Of a stretch of DNA of 64,000 nucleotides, positions 46,570 through 55,448 are shown piece after piece. The notes below the pieces were generated by a model that saw only the letters and a list, made by a program, of their open reading frames with translations, searched no databases and was not told the DNA's origin. Each line of letters begins with the position of its first letter. The first letter of the stretch is position 1. Source of the stretch: Candidatus Aenigmatarchaeota archaeon (GTDB lineage Archaea > Aenigmatarchaeota > Aenigmatarchaeia > PWEA01 > JACQIF01); NCBI GenBank assembly GCA_016432325.1, contig CP066684.1, forward strand, positions 785,090 through 849,089, written 5' to 3'. The position numbers and the translations under genes are program-made.

Positions 46570-46645
46570 GCCGCCATAGCTCAGCTAGTAGAGCACCTGA
46601 CTTGTAATCAGGGGGTCGAGGGGGCAGAGCCCTCTGGCGGCTCCA
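46570..46645 (+). tRNA. tRNA-Thr (UGU), intronless, with non-canonical D-loop and T-loop
   Basis: Hand-folded: perfect cloverleaf with acceptor GCCGCCA/UGGCGGC, anticodon loop CUUGUAA, encoded CCA, TATA about 27 nt upstream; D-loop AGCUAGUA lacks GG, T-loop GGCAGAG replaces the usual UUCRAAU. Confidence 0.55.
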
Positions 46646-47461
46646 CTATCTCGCCAAGCCCTTGAACTTCCTGACGATGTAAGACGTCACGAAGAATGCC
46701 AGGAATATGGCGGCCAGCTGGACGCCTCCTGCGATGGCGCCGAAAGGCCTTCCTGCCCTCGGATAGAGCATCTCCTGCAGTCCGCTCATCAGCACGAAGT
46801 CGAGCAGCAGGACGCTGGACAGATAGAGCCGGTTGATAATCTCCTTGTCTTGCGGAGGCAGTCTCTGCCTGAACGTGTCGTAGTCCCTCTTTGACAGCCA
46901 GAAGAGGCCCGCGACGACGAGCATGTTGACCGCGATAATAGAAGCGCCGTATGCTGGAAGACCGGCGAAGAAGACGCTAACGGTGTAAGACGCGCCGACG
47001 ACAAACGAAACAATAAGGGCAAGCCAAGGCCCGGGCTGGTTCAACCGCACGCTTCTCTCCAGCACTGCTTCGAGGCGCGTCGTCGTGTCTTCCAGAATCC
47101 GGACGGCGCCTCCGAGGACGTGCAAAAAGACGAAGAGGAAAGACGCCTGCAGCGCTACAAGACCCAGCAGCATCGAGTCCGCGACGAGAGGCGGAGACAG
47201 GAGGTCGGCGACGACGCGCGCCAGCATAAAGACGAGCACGTAGTGCACGAGAGCCGACAGCAGGCGAGCGACGGTTCGGCCTTTCGAGGCGCTGATTTTC
47301 CTGAAGTGCGCGACGTGCGTCAGCGTGGTGAACGAAAACAGCATCGCGGCTGTCATGGCGATGGACGCGTAGAAATCCGTTACGCTGGAGAGTGCGAGCG
47401 TGCCGGCGACGACGGCCACGGCCAGTATGAAGACGTCTTTTCTCGTAGACTCCATGGTCAT
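46646..47461 (-). CDS. polytopic membrane protein
   Basis: 271 aa, about 7 TM helices; starts immediately after tRNA-Thr on the opposite strand. Confidence 0.45.
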   Translation of the reverse strand: MTMESTRKDVFILAVAVVAGTLALSSVTDFYASIAMTAAMLFSFTTLTHVAHFRKISASKGRTVARLLSALVHYVLVFMLARVVADLLSPPLVADSMLLGLVALQASFLFVFLHVLGGAVRILEDTTTRLEAVLERSVRLNQPGPWLALIVSFVVGASYTVSVFFAGLPAYGASIIAVNMLVVAGLFWLSKRDYDTFRQRLPPQDKEIINRLYLSSVLLLDFVLMSGLQEMLYPRAGRPFGAIAGGVQLAAIFLAFFVTSYIVRKFKGLAR

Positions 47462-47528
47462 GTTTTAAGGAGACCCGGATTTAAATCCAATTTCCGCCGA
47501 TCGCAGACCGGCGGACGTTTAAAACATC

Positions 47529-47879
47529 TCAGCCAATTCGCGGCGGGATGATGCGTTCCGTCTTGTTCTCCGTGTCAACTTCCACTATTGACTCAAAGAG
47601 CTCGACGAGCGTTTTCATGGAGACCACGACGAAAACCATCGCCAGAGTGAAGAACACGGGCATTATGTTCCACAGCTCGTTCGTCACGTCGAGACCCGTT
47701 ATTCCAAAATACGCCACGATTAAGTGAGAAGGCGGTCCGAACATCGCGGCGAGGAAGAGATAGGTCAGGCTCTGCTTCAGCCGCCCCGACGACCTGCGGA
47801 GAGCGTCGTATAGGAATACCGTGCCTATGAATGCGAGAACGACGCCCACGACTGTCAGATGCCATACGGTCAGCGCCAT
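47529..47879 (-). CDS. small membrane protein
   Basis: 116 aa, 3 TM helices. Confidence 0.4.
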   Translation of the reverse strand: MALTVWHLTVVGVVLAFIGTVFLYDALRRSSGRLKQSLTYLFLAAMFGPPSHLIVAYFGITGLDVTNELWNIMPVFFTLAMVFVVVSMKTLVELFESIVEVDTENKTERIIPPRIG

Positions 47880-47881
47880 GG

Positions 47882-48172
47882 TTATCCCTTCCCGCCCAGG
47901 CGCGATATTGTGTACATGCTATATGCCCACGTGGCGCCGGGTATCGCGTGGACGGCTATGAACACCGCCCATAAGGGGTCGCTGGTCTGGATGCCGGCGA
48001 AGCCGAGATACGCGGCGATGAGATTGTAAAGCATGTATGACGCATCCGTGTAGAGAAAGAAGACGAGTCCCGTTCTAAGCCTGCCGGTGGTCGCTCCTAT
48101 CGCCCGTCGCAGGAGAACCAGGCCATAGAGACCGATGAAGAACCCGACGACACTCAGCCACCAGAGAACCAT
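47882..48172 (-). CDS. small membrane protein (paralog of 47529..47879)
   Basis: 96 aa; shared LRR..G..GRL...L.F..........L..AY.G..G motif with neighbour. Confidence 0.4.
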   Translation of the reverse strand: MVLWWLSVVGFFIGLYGLVLLRRAIGATTGRLRTGLVFFLYTDASYMLYNLIAAYLGFAGIQTSDPLWAVFIAVHAIPGATWAYSMYTISRLGGKG

Positions 48173-48202
48173 GCGTATGGTTGGCGAAACCGACTTATAA
48201 AA

Positions 48203-48907
48203 TCATTCCAACACGTACTCCATTCGCTGGACGTCTTTCCCCTTGTTGGCAAGGCCGACTATGCGCACGCGGCCCAATTCTTGGAGGTTAGAGACGTGCG
48301 TGCCTCCGCACGGGCAGAGATCATAATCCTTTATCCTGATGAGGCGCAGTTGTTGGACGTTCTTCGGGATGCGTTCTATGTCGGTGCGCTGCGCGTTCGT
48401 GGCGTTCAGCGCGTCCTCCCGCGACATGTACTCTATGGAGACGGGCCTCTTTTCAGATATTAGCGCGTTCGCTCGCTGTTCGATGCTCCGCAGGTCATCG
48501 TCCGAGAAGTGCGCCGGTGCGAAATCTATGCGCGAGCGCTCCGGATGTATCTGGTTCCCCACCGTGGACGCCTTGAAGAGTTCCAGCACGACGGCCGAGA
48601 CGAGATGCTGAGAAGTGTGCATCCTCATGTTCGCGTGGCGGCGCGTCCAGTCGACGACGCAGTGCACGGAAACGCCTGCGGGAACGTTCTTGTCGACGAA
48701 GTGTTTGACTTGCCCTTTGTCTTTACGCGCATCCGTTACGTTCGCGGCGCCGCCATCGAATGTCATGGTCCCTGTGTCGTGTTCCTGCCCGCCGCCCGTG
48801 GGGTAGAACACTGTGCGGTCCAGAACGACCCAGTTCGGTCCGCTCTCAATTACGCGCGCGTCGCACTCGCGCAGATAGCAGTCGTTGAGATAGAGAAGGT
48901 CGGTCAT
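48203..48907 (-). CDS. alaX: alanyl-tRNA editing protein AlaX
   Basis: HTSQH and CPCGGTH zinc-binding motifs of the AlaRS editing domain; track ORF trimmed to MTDLLYL. Confidence 0.75.
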   Translation of the reverse strand: MTDLLYLNDCYLRECDARVIESGPNWVVLDRTVFYPTGGGQEHDTGTMTFDGGAANVTDARKDKGQVKHFVDKNVPAGVSVHCVVDWTRRHANMRMHTSQHLVSAVVLELFKASTVGNQIHPERSRIDFAPAHFSDDDLRSIEQRANALISEKRPVSIEYMSREDALNATNAQRTDIERIPKNVQQLRLIRIKDYDLCPCGGTHVSNLQELGRVRIVGLANKGKDVQRMEYVLE

Positions 48908-48911
48908 CGGA

Positions 48912-49163
48912 TCACCTGTATATGTTTTTCCTGTGCCCAAGAGAAAGGATAAAGACGACCTTCTCTTTATTGTCAAGCTTTGCCAATACGCGGTAGTCGC
49001 CGACGCGCAGTTTATAATCCACCCTGCCTGTAAGCCGTTCCAGATAGTGCGCCGGGCGGGAGGCGGCCCTTTCCAGACTGTCCAGGATGCGTTTGGCCGT
49101 GGCGTTGTCCAGTTTCCGCAGTTCGGAGACCGCCTCGTCGGAGAACACAAGCCTGAAGGTCAC
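48912..49163 (-). CDS. relE: RelE/ParE-family type II toxin
   Basis: 83 aa; C-terminal YRVLAKLDNKEKVVFILSLGHRKNIY typical of RelE/ParE. Confidence 0.7.
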   Translation of the reverse strand: MTFRLVFSDEAVSELRKLDNATAKRILDSLERAASRPAHYLERLTGRVDYKLRVGDYRVLAKLDNKEKVVFILSLGHRKNIYR

Positions 49164-49402
49164 CGTATCCCCAGCTCTTCTCTAATCTCCCGCAGCGTGC
49201 GGGTCCTTCCCCTCTTCACGTCTGCCAGGGCTCTTAGAAGAGAGGCTTTGAACTCGTCGGTATACTCTCCCTCATCGTCTCCCGAAGGAACGAGTTCCAG
49301 AAGAGCGTTCAGCAGCTCGTCATACGTTTCGCCCTCAGTTTCCTTGAGCCGCGCGAGCCTCCCCCTCGTCTCCCTGCTTATCTGTATTGTGGTGTAGGAC
49401 AT
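49160..49402 (-). CDS. type II antitoxin
   Basis: 80 aa; stop overlaps toxin GTG start (GTGA); acidic C-terminal half. Confidence 0.55.
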   Translation of the reverse strand: MSYTTIQISRETRGRLARLKETEGETYDELLNALLELVPSGDDEGEYTDEFKASLLRALADVKRGRTRTLREIREELGIR

Positions 49403-49488
49403 ATTATGGATATATTATACAACAACTATATAAAGGTTGCATTCGGAAGAACGCCCCCTTTAAATAACTTTCCACGCAAACGCTACCT

Positions 49489-49740
49489 ATGATGGCCGCG
49501 CAGGAGTATCGAAAGTTGTCGTTCGGAGCAGACGACTTGACCAAGCCGCCGAAGAAAGGGCTGTACGTCCCTCAGTTCAAGGTCGACGTTCCCCAAGGAT
49601 ATAGGTTTTACACCGGCGAGCCGCTCGTTTCACGGGTCGACCGCTGGGCCACTCTTGACATGAACGCCATGTTGGCCGAGGAGTACGGCGGCGTCTGGCG
49701 CCAGCCGAATATGGACGAGTGGGCCGCGTGGTCCGGGTAA
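49489..49740 (+). CDS. hypothetical protein
   Basis: 83 aa; no family recognised. Confidence 0.35.
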   Translation: MMAAQEYRKLSFGADDLTKPPKKGLYVPQFKVDVPQGYRFYTGEPLVSRVDRWATLDMNAMLAEEYGGVWRQPNMDEWAAWSG

Positions 49741-49750
49741 ATCGTATTAC

Positions 49751-50059
49751 GTGTGGTCTCACCTTAACCCGATGATAATAAAGAACGTTGGCGTCCTTCT
49801 GATGCCTGAAGCAAAGGACAGAAAACTGACGGGCGGGCAGATTAGATTTTGCGAGACAAGCGGGAACCTTCGTGAGGTTCTGTCGGCAGCCGATGTTAAA
49901 ACAAGCATTCCCTTCGCAGATTGTGGAATTGTATACGAAGATAATATTGCCCCCGTCAGGTCCCGCTGGGACGCTGGTGCGGGGCGCTTCGGCGCGGTTG
50001 CTGGCAGGCCCTCGAGCCGGATTGACGGGGGCGCCGCCACTTTCATGAGAGAAAAATAA
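49751..50059 (+). CDS. hypothetical protein
   Basis: 102 aa; no family recognised. Confidence 0.35.
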   Translation: MWSHLNPMIIKNVGVLLMPEAKDRKLTGGQIRFCETSGNLREVLSAADVKTSIPFADCGIVYEDNIAPVRSRWDAGAGRFGAVAGRPSSRIDGGAATFMREK

Positions 50060-50065
50060 AAGTCG

Positions 50066-52222
50066 CTAAGACGGTCCCAAGGACTTCTGTCCGTCTTCCA
50101 ACCCCTCCTTCGCATGCAGCTGCTTGTGAACGTCCGCGGCAAGCTTTTCACCGAGCAACGGTTTCAACTTTTCCAGAGGCGCGTCGCGTATTTTTGTCAG
50201 CGATGTCAGCCCGGCATTGTGCAGCGTCCTCGCACGCACGCGTCCTATCCCTTTTAGAGCGACGAGCGCAACGAGTTCTTCCTTGATGCCGTACTTTACG
50301 CGCACGCGGGCCTTGCGCAGTTCGCGCATCTTTTCCTTAAGTCCTGTCAGCAGAGCCATCTCTTCCGCGGCGTACAGCAACCAGTCCGCGGTTTCGAGGC
50401 GCGCACGCAGCTCGCCTGGCGTTGTGCCATACTCTTCAAGAAGCCAGTCTTCGCCCGCTTCGGACGCCCATGCGTCCAGAACAATCGCGCACTTCATTGC
50501 GTTGACGAAGTCGTCATACTCGCTGTCCCACGGTTCCGGCGCGCTCACCCCGCGCGATTCGGCTTCGGCCAATAGCGCCGCAACCTCGCCGTCCTTCGCG
50601 CGTCCCGGAGCCATCTCCCGCGTGTTGGCTATCATGAGAAGGCTGTCAAACACACTCGTGCACTTTTCCAATGTAGTCATCATCGAGAACGCGGTCTCGG
50701 GGTCGATGTAGAGCTGCGACACGCGCGTTCCAATCCGCGTGGCTTCGAGCCCTCCGTCACGTGTTATGAATCCCTGCTCTTCGAGTCTCGACAAGACGCG
50801 TTCGACTGTCGCACGTATCTTCTCCAATTCCTTATACTGGTGCGCGAAAAACGTTCCCTGCAAGAATTTCCACAGCCCCTCCTCTGAAGCGACGTGGGAC
50901 GCGATGAGCGCGAGCGCATGCATCCTCAGTATCGGCTCGACCCCGAGCTTCGAGAGTATCTCTTCTGGCTTTCCTTGTATGTACCTCTTGACAAGGTCGT
51001 GCGCTTCCAACTCCGAGCGCGCGAGAAGAACGGCTTCGCCTTCATTGTCGTACTTCGGACGCCCTGCCCGGCCGGCCATCTGGTGGTATTCGAGAACGGG
51101 AATGAAGACAGAACCGTACATGGGATGGAAGCGCTTGACGTCGCGTATGACGACGCGATATGCCGGGAGATTCAGGCCTGCCGCAAGTGTCGGCGTGGCC
51201 GCGATGACCTTGATTGCGTTCTCCTTGAAGGCGCGCTCGACAAGCGAACGCTGCGGCCCCGCGAGACCGGCGTGATGGAAGGCCGTGCCTTTGCGGATGC
51301 AGCGAGCGAGGCGCTCGCACTGTTTTGTCGGGCGCGAAGTGACGTTGAGAATGTCTTCTGCAAGCTTGGCGAGTTTCGCGCGTTCGTCGGCCTTCAACTT
51401 CGTTCCTATCGATTCTCCGCACTTCTCTGCGACGGATTCGGCGTTGCGCCTCGAGGACGCGAAGACGAGCGCCTGCTTGCCTTCGGCGACCGTGCGGTCG
51501 CAGATTTCCAATTCCACATTCTCTTCGTTCGCGAGTTTGAAGTCACGGTCGCTTTCGGGGAAGCGTACGGCTTCGCCGTCGTAAACGCCTTTGTAGAGGG
51601 CGACAGGCCTGTAGTCAGACGTTACGAGCTCTGCGTTGAGCCACGATGCCAGTTCTTTTGCGTTTGCTATTGTCGCGGACAGACCGATTATCTGCGGTTT
51701 GTATTCGCGCAGGCGCGTCAGCACGACTTCCAGCGTGGGTCCGCGCGTTTCATCATTCAACAGGTGCACTTCGTCTGCAACGACAAGACCGACGTTGAGT
51801 ATCCATGCAGGACTGTGGCGCAGAAGCGAGTCCAGCTTCTCGGAAGTGGCGACAATAAGGTCGTACGAGCCGAGCCAGTCGTCTGCGGTGTCATAGTCGC
51901 CCGCCGAGACGGCGACGCGCACGCCGAGCTTTTCATACTTCCTGAAGTCCTCGAGCTTTTCAGAAGCGAGCGCGCGGAGCGGAACGATGTAAAGGACTTT
52001 TCGCTTCTTTTCCAATATCATCTTGAGGAACGCGAGTTCCGCGATGAGCGTCTTGCCCGAAGCCGTCGGAGACGCTACAACAAGGTTCTTGCCCTGCAGA
52101 AGGCCTGCTTCTATCGCAAGTTTCTGCGGAGGATTGAGACTCGTGACGCCTCCCAGTACGAGCGTGCTGCGGGCTTCCTTGGGCAGTTCGAGAGAGTCGA
52201 CGTGCATGGTTTGCGTACGCAC
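50066..52222 (-). CDS. hel308: Hel308/Ski2-like ATP-dependent DNA helicase
   Basis: Walker A (ASPTASGKT), DEVH box, C-terminal helix-hairpin-helix-like domain; 718 aa. Confidence 0.85.
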   Translation of the reverse strand: MRTQTMHVDSLELPKEARSTLVLGGVTSLNPPQKLAIEAGLLQGKNLVVASPTASGKTLIAELAFLKMILEKKRKVLYIVPLRALASEKLEDFRKYEKLGVRVAVSAGDYDTADDWLGSYDLIVATSEKLDSLLRHSPAWILNVGLVVADEVHLLNDETRGPTLEVVLTRLREYKPQIIGLSATIANAKELASWLNAELVTSDYRPVALYKGVYDGEAVRFPESDRDFKLANEENVELEICDRTVAEGKQALVFASSRRNAESVAEKCGESIGTKLKADERAKLAKLAEDILNVTSRPTKQCERLARCIRKGTAFHHAGLAGPQRSLVERAFKENAIKVIAATPTLAAGLNLPAYRVVIRDVKRFHPMYGSVFIPVLEYHQMAGRAGRPKYDNEGEAVLLARSELEAHDLVKRYIQGKPEEILSKLGVEPILRMHALALIASHVASEEGLWKFLQGTFFAHQYKELEKIRATVERVLSRLEEQGFITRDGGLEATRIGTRVSQLYIDPETAFSMMTTLEKCTSVFDSLLMIANTREMAPGRAKDGEVAALLAEAESRGVSAPEPWDSEYDDFVNAMKCAIVLDAWASEAGEDWLLEEYGTTPGELRARLETADWLLYAAEEMALLTGLKEKMRELRKARVRVKYGIKEELVALVALKGIGRVRARTLHNAGLTSLTKIRDAPLEKLKPLLGEKLAADVHKQLHAKEGLEDGQKSLGPS

Positions 52223-52245
52223 AGAAGGTATTAAATCGTTACGGT

Positions 52246-52839
52246 TCAGAGGGGCCGCCAGTCGCCGTCGTCCGGGTGAAGCTTATCCCGCGCTTTTGCC
52301 ACGATGTCCTCGAATTCTTTATCTATTCTCCTGCAGGCTTCGTCCGTGGCCGCGTCGAACCATTTGCTAGTGTCCAAGAAAAGGTCCACTGCAGGCAGAT
52401 AGGCGTCGAAATTTTCTGGCAACGGCTCTATAGTTGCTCCTATAAAGATTCGTGTCATTCCAGAGTCGGGATTCTGGAGAGGGGATATTGTGACGTATGC
52501 ACCCGCTTTCGTGAGTTCCTTGTCGCGTGTTATACTCCCGTTCACGCGGGAGCCCAGATGCTTGGTTATCATTGCCAATTCCCTGCCAGTGAGCATCGAG
52601 GGCGGGGCTATCATGTTTGTTGCTCTGAATCTGTTAGAGACATACGGCTCTCCGGCCCCCGATCCACTGATGTCGAAGACTTGCGTGTTGATGGCGTGCC
52701 CTTCTCTGGCTGTTGCGTAGTCGCCCAGCGCGCCGATAAGAACGTCCCGGTACCCCGTATCGGATACGATTGGCCGGAGTTCTTTGAGCTTCGTCTTGGT
52801 CTTGGCCGAATCAAACACGACATGCGAAGCAGCTGCCAT
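52246..52839 (-). CDS. hypothetical protein
   Basis: 197 aa; own TATA-like elements in upstream gap; no family recognised. Confidence 0.4.
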   Translation of the reverse strand: MAAASHVVFDSAKTKTKLKELRPIVSDTGYRDVLIGALGDYATAREGHAINTQVFDISGSGAGEPYVSNRFRATNMIAPPSMLTGRELAMITKHLGSRVNGSITRDKELTKAGAYVTISPLQNPDSGMTRIFIGATIEPLPENFDAYLPAVDLFLDTSKWFDAATDEACRRIDKEFEDIVAKARDKLHPDDGDWRPL

Positions 52840-52936
52840 ACAATAACACCCAGCCGATTAAGGATGGAAAACTATTTAAACCGCTTGCGGCGTTTTAAAG
52901 TTACCGCGCCGAGCGCAGTAACTATTTAAGGCGCAT

Positions 52937-53545
52937 TTAGAGTTCCTTCACCGTAAACCTCCACACGTCTTCTATGCATTCGCGCAGCGTCTCGAGGTTC
53001 GCGTGGCGTGCAGGAATCAAGCGCGCCTGAATCCTGCTCTTGTGGCGTTCAAGCGCTCCGCACTCTTTCGCGAACGCCTTCACGGTTTCGCGCGGGCCGC
53101 CGAAGAATATGTGCTCTATGAGAGACTGGCCGAGCAGGACCTCGAAAGAGAAGCAGACGCCGTCCAGAAATTCGCTGCGCTGTTGCGAACGTACGCGCGC
53201 GTAACGCGAAGAAGACGAGCCGCCCTTCTTCGTGCGTCCGCGTATGAAATGGTGGCCGGTCTTGTACAGGACGAGCGAAGTGCCTTCGAAGAGGCCTATG
53301 GCATACTCGCCCATATGGACGAGTACAACCGCAATCTTTGGCCGCGACGCCAGATGTTCAGCGAGCATCGTGTTGCGCGGCGTTATCAGCTCGGGGCGCG
53401 GAGGAAAAGGAGGCTCGGCGAGGTAGCGCTTGTCGCCGGCGCTTACTGTGTATGCGACGCCGTCGAAAGAAACCTCGTGCGGGCCGAGCGCGCGCAAGAA
53501 CGACCCGAACTCACTGCGCTTCATCCGTTTTTTCATCAGAACCAA
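52937..53545 (-). CDS. eRF1-domain-2-like protein, possibly VLRF1/Vms1-type peptidyl-tRNA hydrolase
   Basis: 202 aa; RGRTKKGGSSSSRYARVRSQQ loop resembles the Gln-containing catalytic loop of VLRF1/eRF1-like domains; tentative. Confidence 0.35.
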   Translation of the reverse strand: MVLMKKRMKRSEFGSFLRALGPHEVSFDGVAYTVSAGDKRYLAEPPFPPRPELITPRNTMLAEHLASRPKIAVVLVHMGEYAIGLFEGTSLVLYKTGHHFIRGRTKKGGSSSSRYARVRSQQRSEFLDGVCFSFEVLLGQSLIEHIFFGGPRETVKAFAKECGALERHKSRIQARLIPARHANLETLRECIEDVWRFTVKEL

Positions 53546-54116
53546 AACCTTCTGTTCGCGGCACGTCTGGATGAGGCGCCGTTTGTGTAGCCGTGTTGGC
53601 CTGCGTTGCTTCCTCAGCCTCCTGCTTTTTGAACATTTCGATTAAGTCCTTGCGAGAGCTTATGCCGAAATATGACATGAAGTGGTCCGTGAGCTCGATG
53701 CGCTTTGAGCGCCTGTACTTCTCCGTTTTTATCAAACCGCGCTCTTCCAGGTCTTTGACGTAATCGTATCCGCGGTTGCCGATGGTCTTTACGATGTCGC
53801 TCTGCGTTATGGGTTGCTTGTATACGATAAGGGAAAGCGCTTTCAAAAGACCCCGAGACAAGTCCGCGTAGGGCGTCAGGTGCGCGACGCGCTGCGCGTG
53901 CGGTTTCTTGACGCGCATCTCGTAACGTTCGCCCACTTCCACAATCTCCATTCCTTTGTGCTCGGCCTTGTATTCCAGGATAAGCTCTTCTATGCACGTT
54001 TCGACCTCCTGTTCGGGAAGCTCGACTATCTTGGCTATCTCCTCGACGCTCAAAGGCCCGCTCGCCTGAAAAAGTGCGGCTTCCAAGAGAGCGCGTTTGT
54101 TGGTGTCCATTCTCAC
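53511..54116 (-). CDS. scpB: segregation and condensation protein B
   Basis: N-terminal LEAALFQASGPLSVEEIAKIV winged-helix typical of ScpB; directly downstream of scpA. Confidence 0.75.
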   Translation of the reverse strand: MRMDTNKRALLEAALFQASGPLSVEEIAKIVELPEQEVETCIEELILEYKAEHKGMEIVEVGERYEMRVKKPHAQRVAHLTPYADLSRGLLKALSLIVYKQPITQSDIVKTIGNRGYDYVKDLEERGLIKTEKYRRSKRIELTDHFMSYFGISSRKDLIEMFKKQEAEEATQANTATQTAPHPDVPRTEGFGSDEKTDEAQ

Positions 54117-54919
54117 TCCTCTTTCTTCGAATGCCGATCATTCGAAGTTTTCGAATCCTGCGATTCGATAGTCTCTGCTTTGCTGAAGTCTTCGTCCTCC
54201 TGTTCTTCGACGCGTGCTTCCTTGCCTTCGGAGACACGGACATATATCTCCTTGAAAGGCTCCTCCTGCTCGAGCGTGACGCGGCCGTCGTTGCTCATGT
54301 GCAGCACGCCGAGGAGCGATTGAACGATTTCGCGGCGCTCCCATTTCGTGACGAGCGACGAGAAGGGCATCGTGCCTGACTTGAGCTGTTCGACCGTCTC
54401 GGAGATGCGCGCGTAAAGCTCGTTTATCTTTTTGGTGACGTCGAAACCCTCGTCCGCTACGACCTCTTCCACGCGCTCGCGCGCCCGCTCGACCTTCACT
54501 TCCCTGCGCTCCTGCGTGCTGAAGGCCTTTTCCAGCGCGCTCACCAGCTCGTCCAGCGTGACGCGTCTTGTCGGAACGCGCTTGGCCGGAACCTGCAGTT
54601 CTGGCACCTTCGTTATGTCTATCGGCGGGCCCTGCGCTGCCGCGGCAGCGTTCCTCTGTTCCTCCTCCCACATGAGCACCTCGGCTTTCATGTGCAGAAG
54701 CACGGCAGCGATCATTATCAGGCGCGCGGGGACCTTGAACTCCAAAACGCCTGCTTTCGTTACGTAAACGCGAAACGCGTCGGCGAGCTTGACGACGTCC
54801 ACGTCCCACGGGTCCATTCCTTCTTCTCTTATAACGTATTCCAGAACCTCCTCCCAGGACGCTTCCTTGGACGCCAGGTCCACTATGCCGGCCTCGTCTA
54901 TCGTTGAATCCACCTGCAC
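54113..54919 (-). CDS. scpA: segregation and condensation protein A (kleisin)
   Basis: 268 aa; overlaps scpB by 4 nt; same strand as smc. Confidence 0.65.
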   Translation of the reverse strand: MQVDSTIDEAGIVDLASKEASWEEVLEYVIREEGMDPWDVDVVKLADAFRVYVTKAGVLEFKVPARLIMIAAVLLHMKAEVLMWEEEQRNAAAAAQGPPIDITKVPELQVPAKRVPTRRVTLDELVSALEKAFSTQERREVKVERARERVEEVVADEGFDVTKKINELYARISETVEQLKSGTMPFSSLVTKWERREIVQSLLGVLHMSNDGRVTLEQEEPFKEIYVRVSEGKEARVEEQEDEDFSKAETIESQDSKTSNDRHSKKEE

Positions 54920-54963
54920 AGCTTGGGGACCGAAATTATATATCCGCGAGACTCATTGCACCC

Positions 54964-55413
54964 ATGGGCAAAGGCCTGAGCGAACTCGTATCCGCAGTTC
55001 TGATACTGGCCTTTGCCATAGCCATAGCCGTCATCGTTTCCACGTTTTCCACCGGTTTCGCCAGGGAGAGCATAGGAAAAACCCACATCGAAGGCGAGCG
55101 GACGGCAGACTGCAACGGCGCCGGTCTGGACATACTGGCCGACAGCATTGCTTCCAGCGGCACGACGCTCTTCGTTACGGTTAAAAACACCGGCCTGCCG
55201 GACCTGACAAACGTTGACTTCGTCTACCGCAATACGACAGACTCGGCCTACCTGACAGTGGACATCAATGAAACGGTAGCTTCGGGCCAGATAAAGACGC
55301 TCCAGATAAAAGGCATAAGCAGCCCCATAAACCGCATAATAATGACGACCGGCTGTCCAGGGATAACGGACACGGTGGAAAACGTTTCCGGAACATTCGA
55401 GCCCGTGACCTGA
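54964..55413 (+). CDS. archaeal type IV pilin-like protein
   Basis: Class III signal peptide (MGKG|LSELVSAVLILAFAIAIAVIV); TATA (AATTATATAT) about 25 nt upstream. Confidence 0.6.
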   Translation: MGKGLSELVSAVLILAFAIAIAVIVSTFSTGFARESIGKTHIEGERTADCNGAGLDILADSIASSGTTLFVTVKNTGLPDLTNVDFVYRNTTDSAYLTVDINETVASGQIKTLQIKGISSPINRIIMTTGCPGITDTVENVSGTFEPVT

Positions 55414-55448
55414 AAAATACTTATATAGGCTGTCAGATATCTCTTTGC

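Noticed and set aside
50894-52234. 446-aa plus-strand ORF
   Set aside because: Antisense to hel308, which has Walker A and DEVH motifs.
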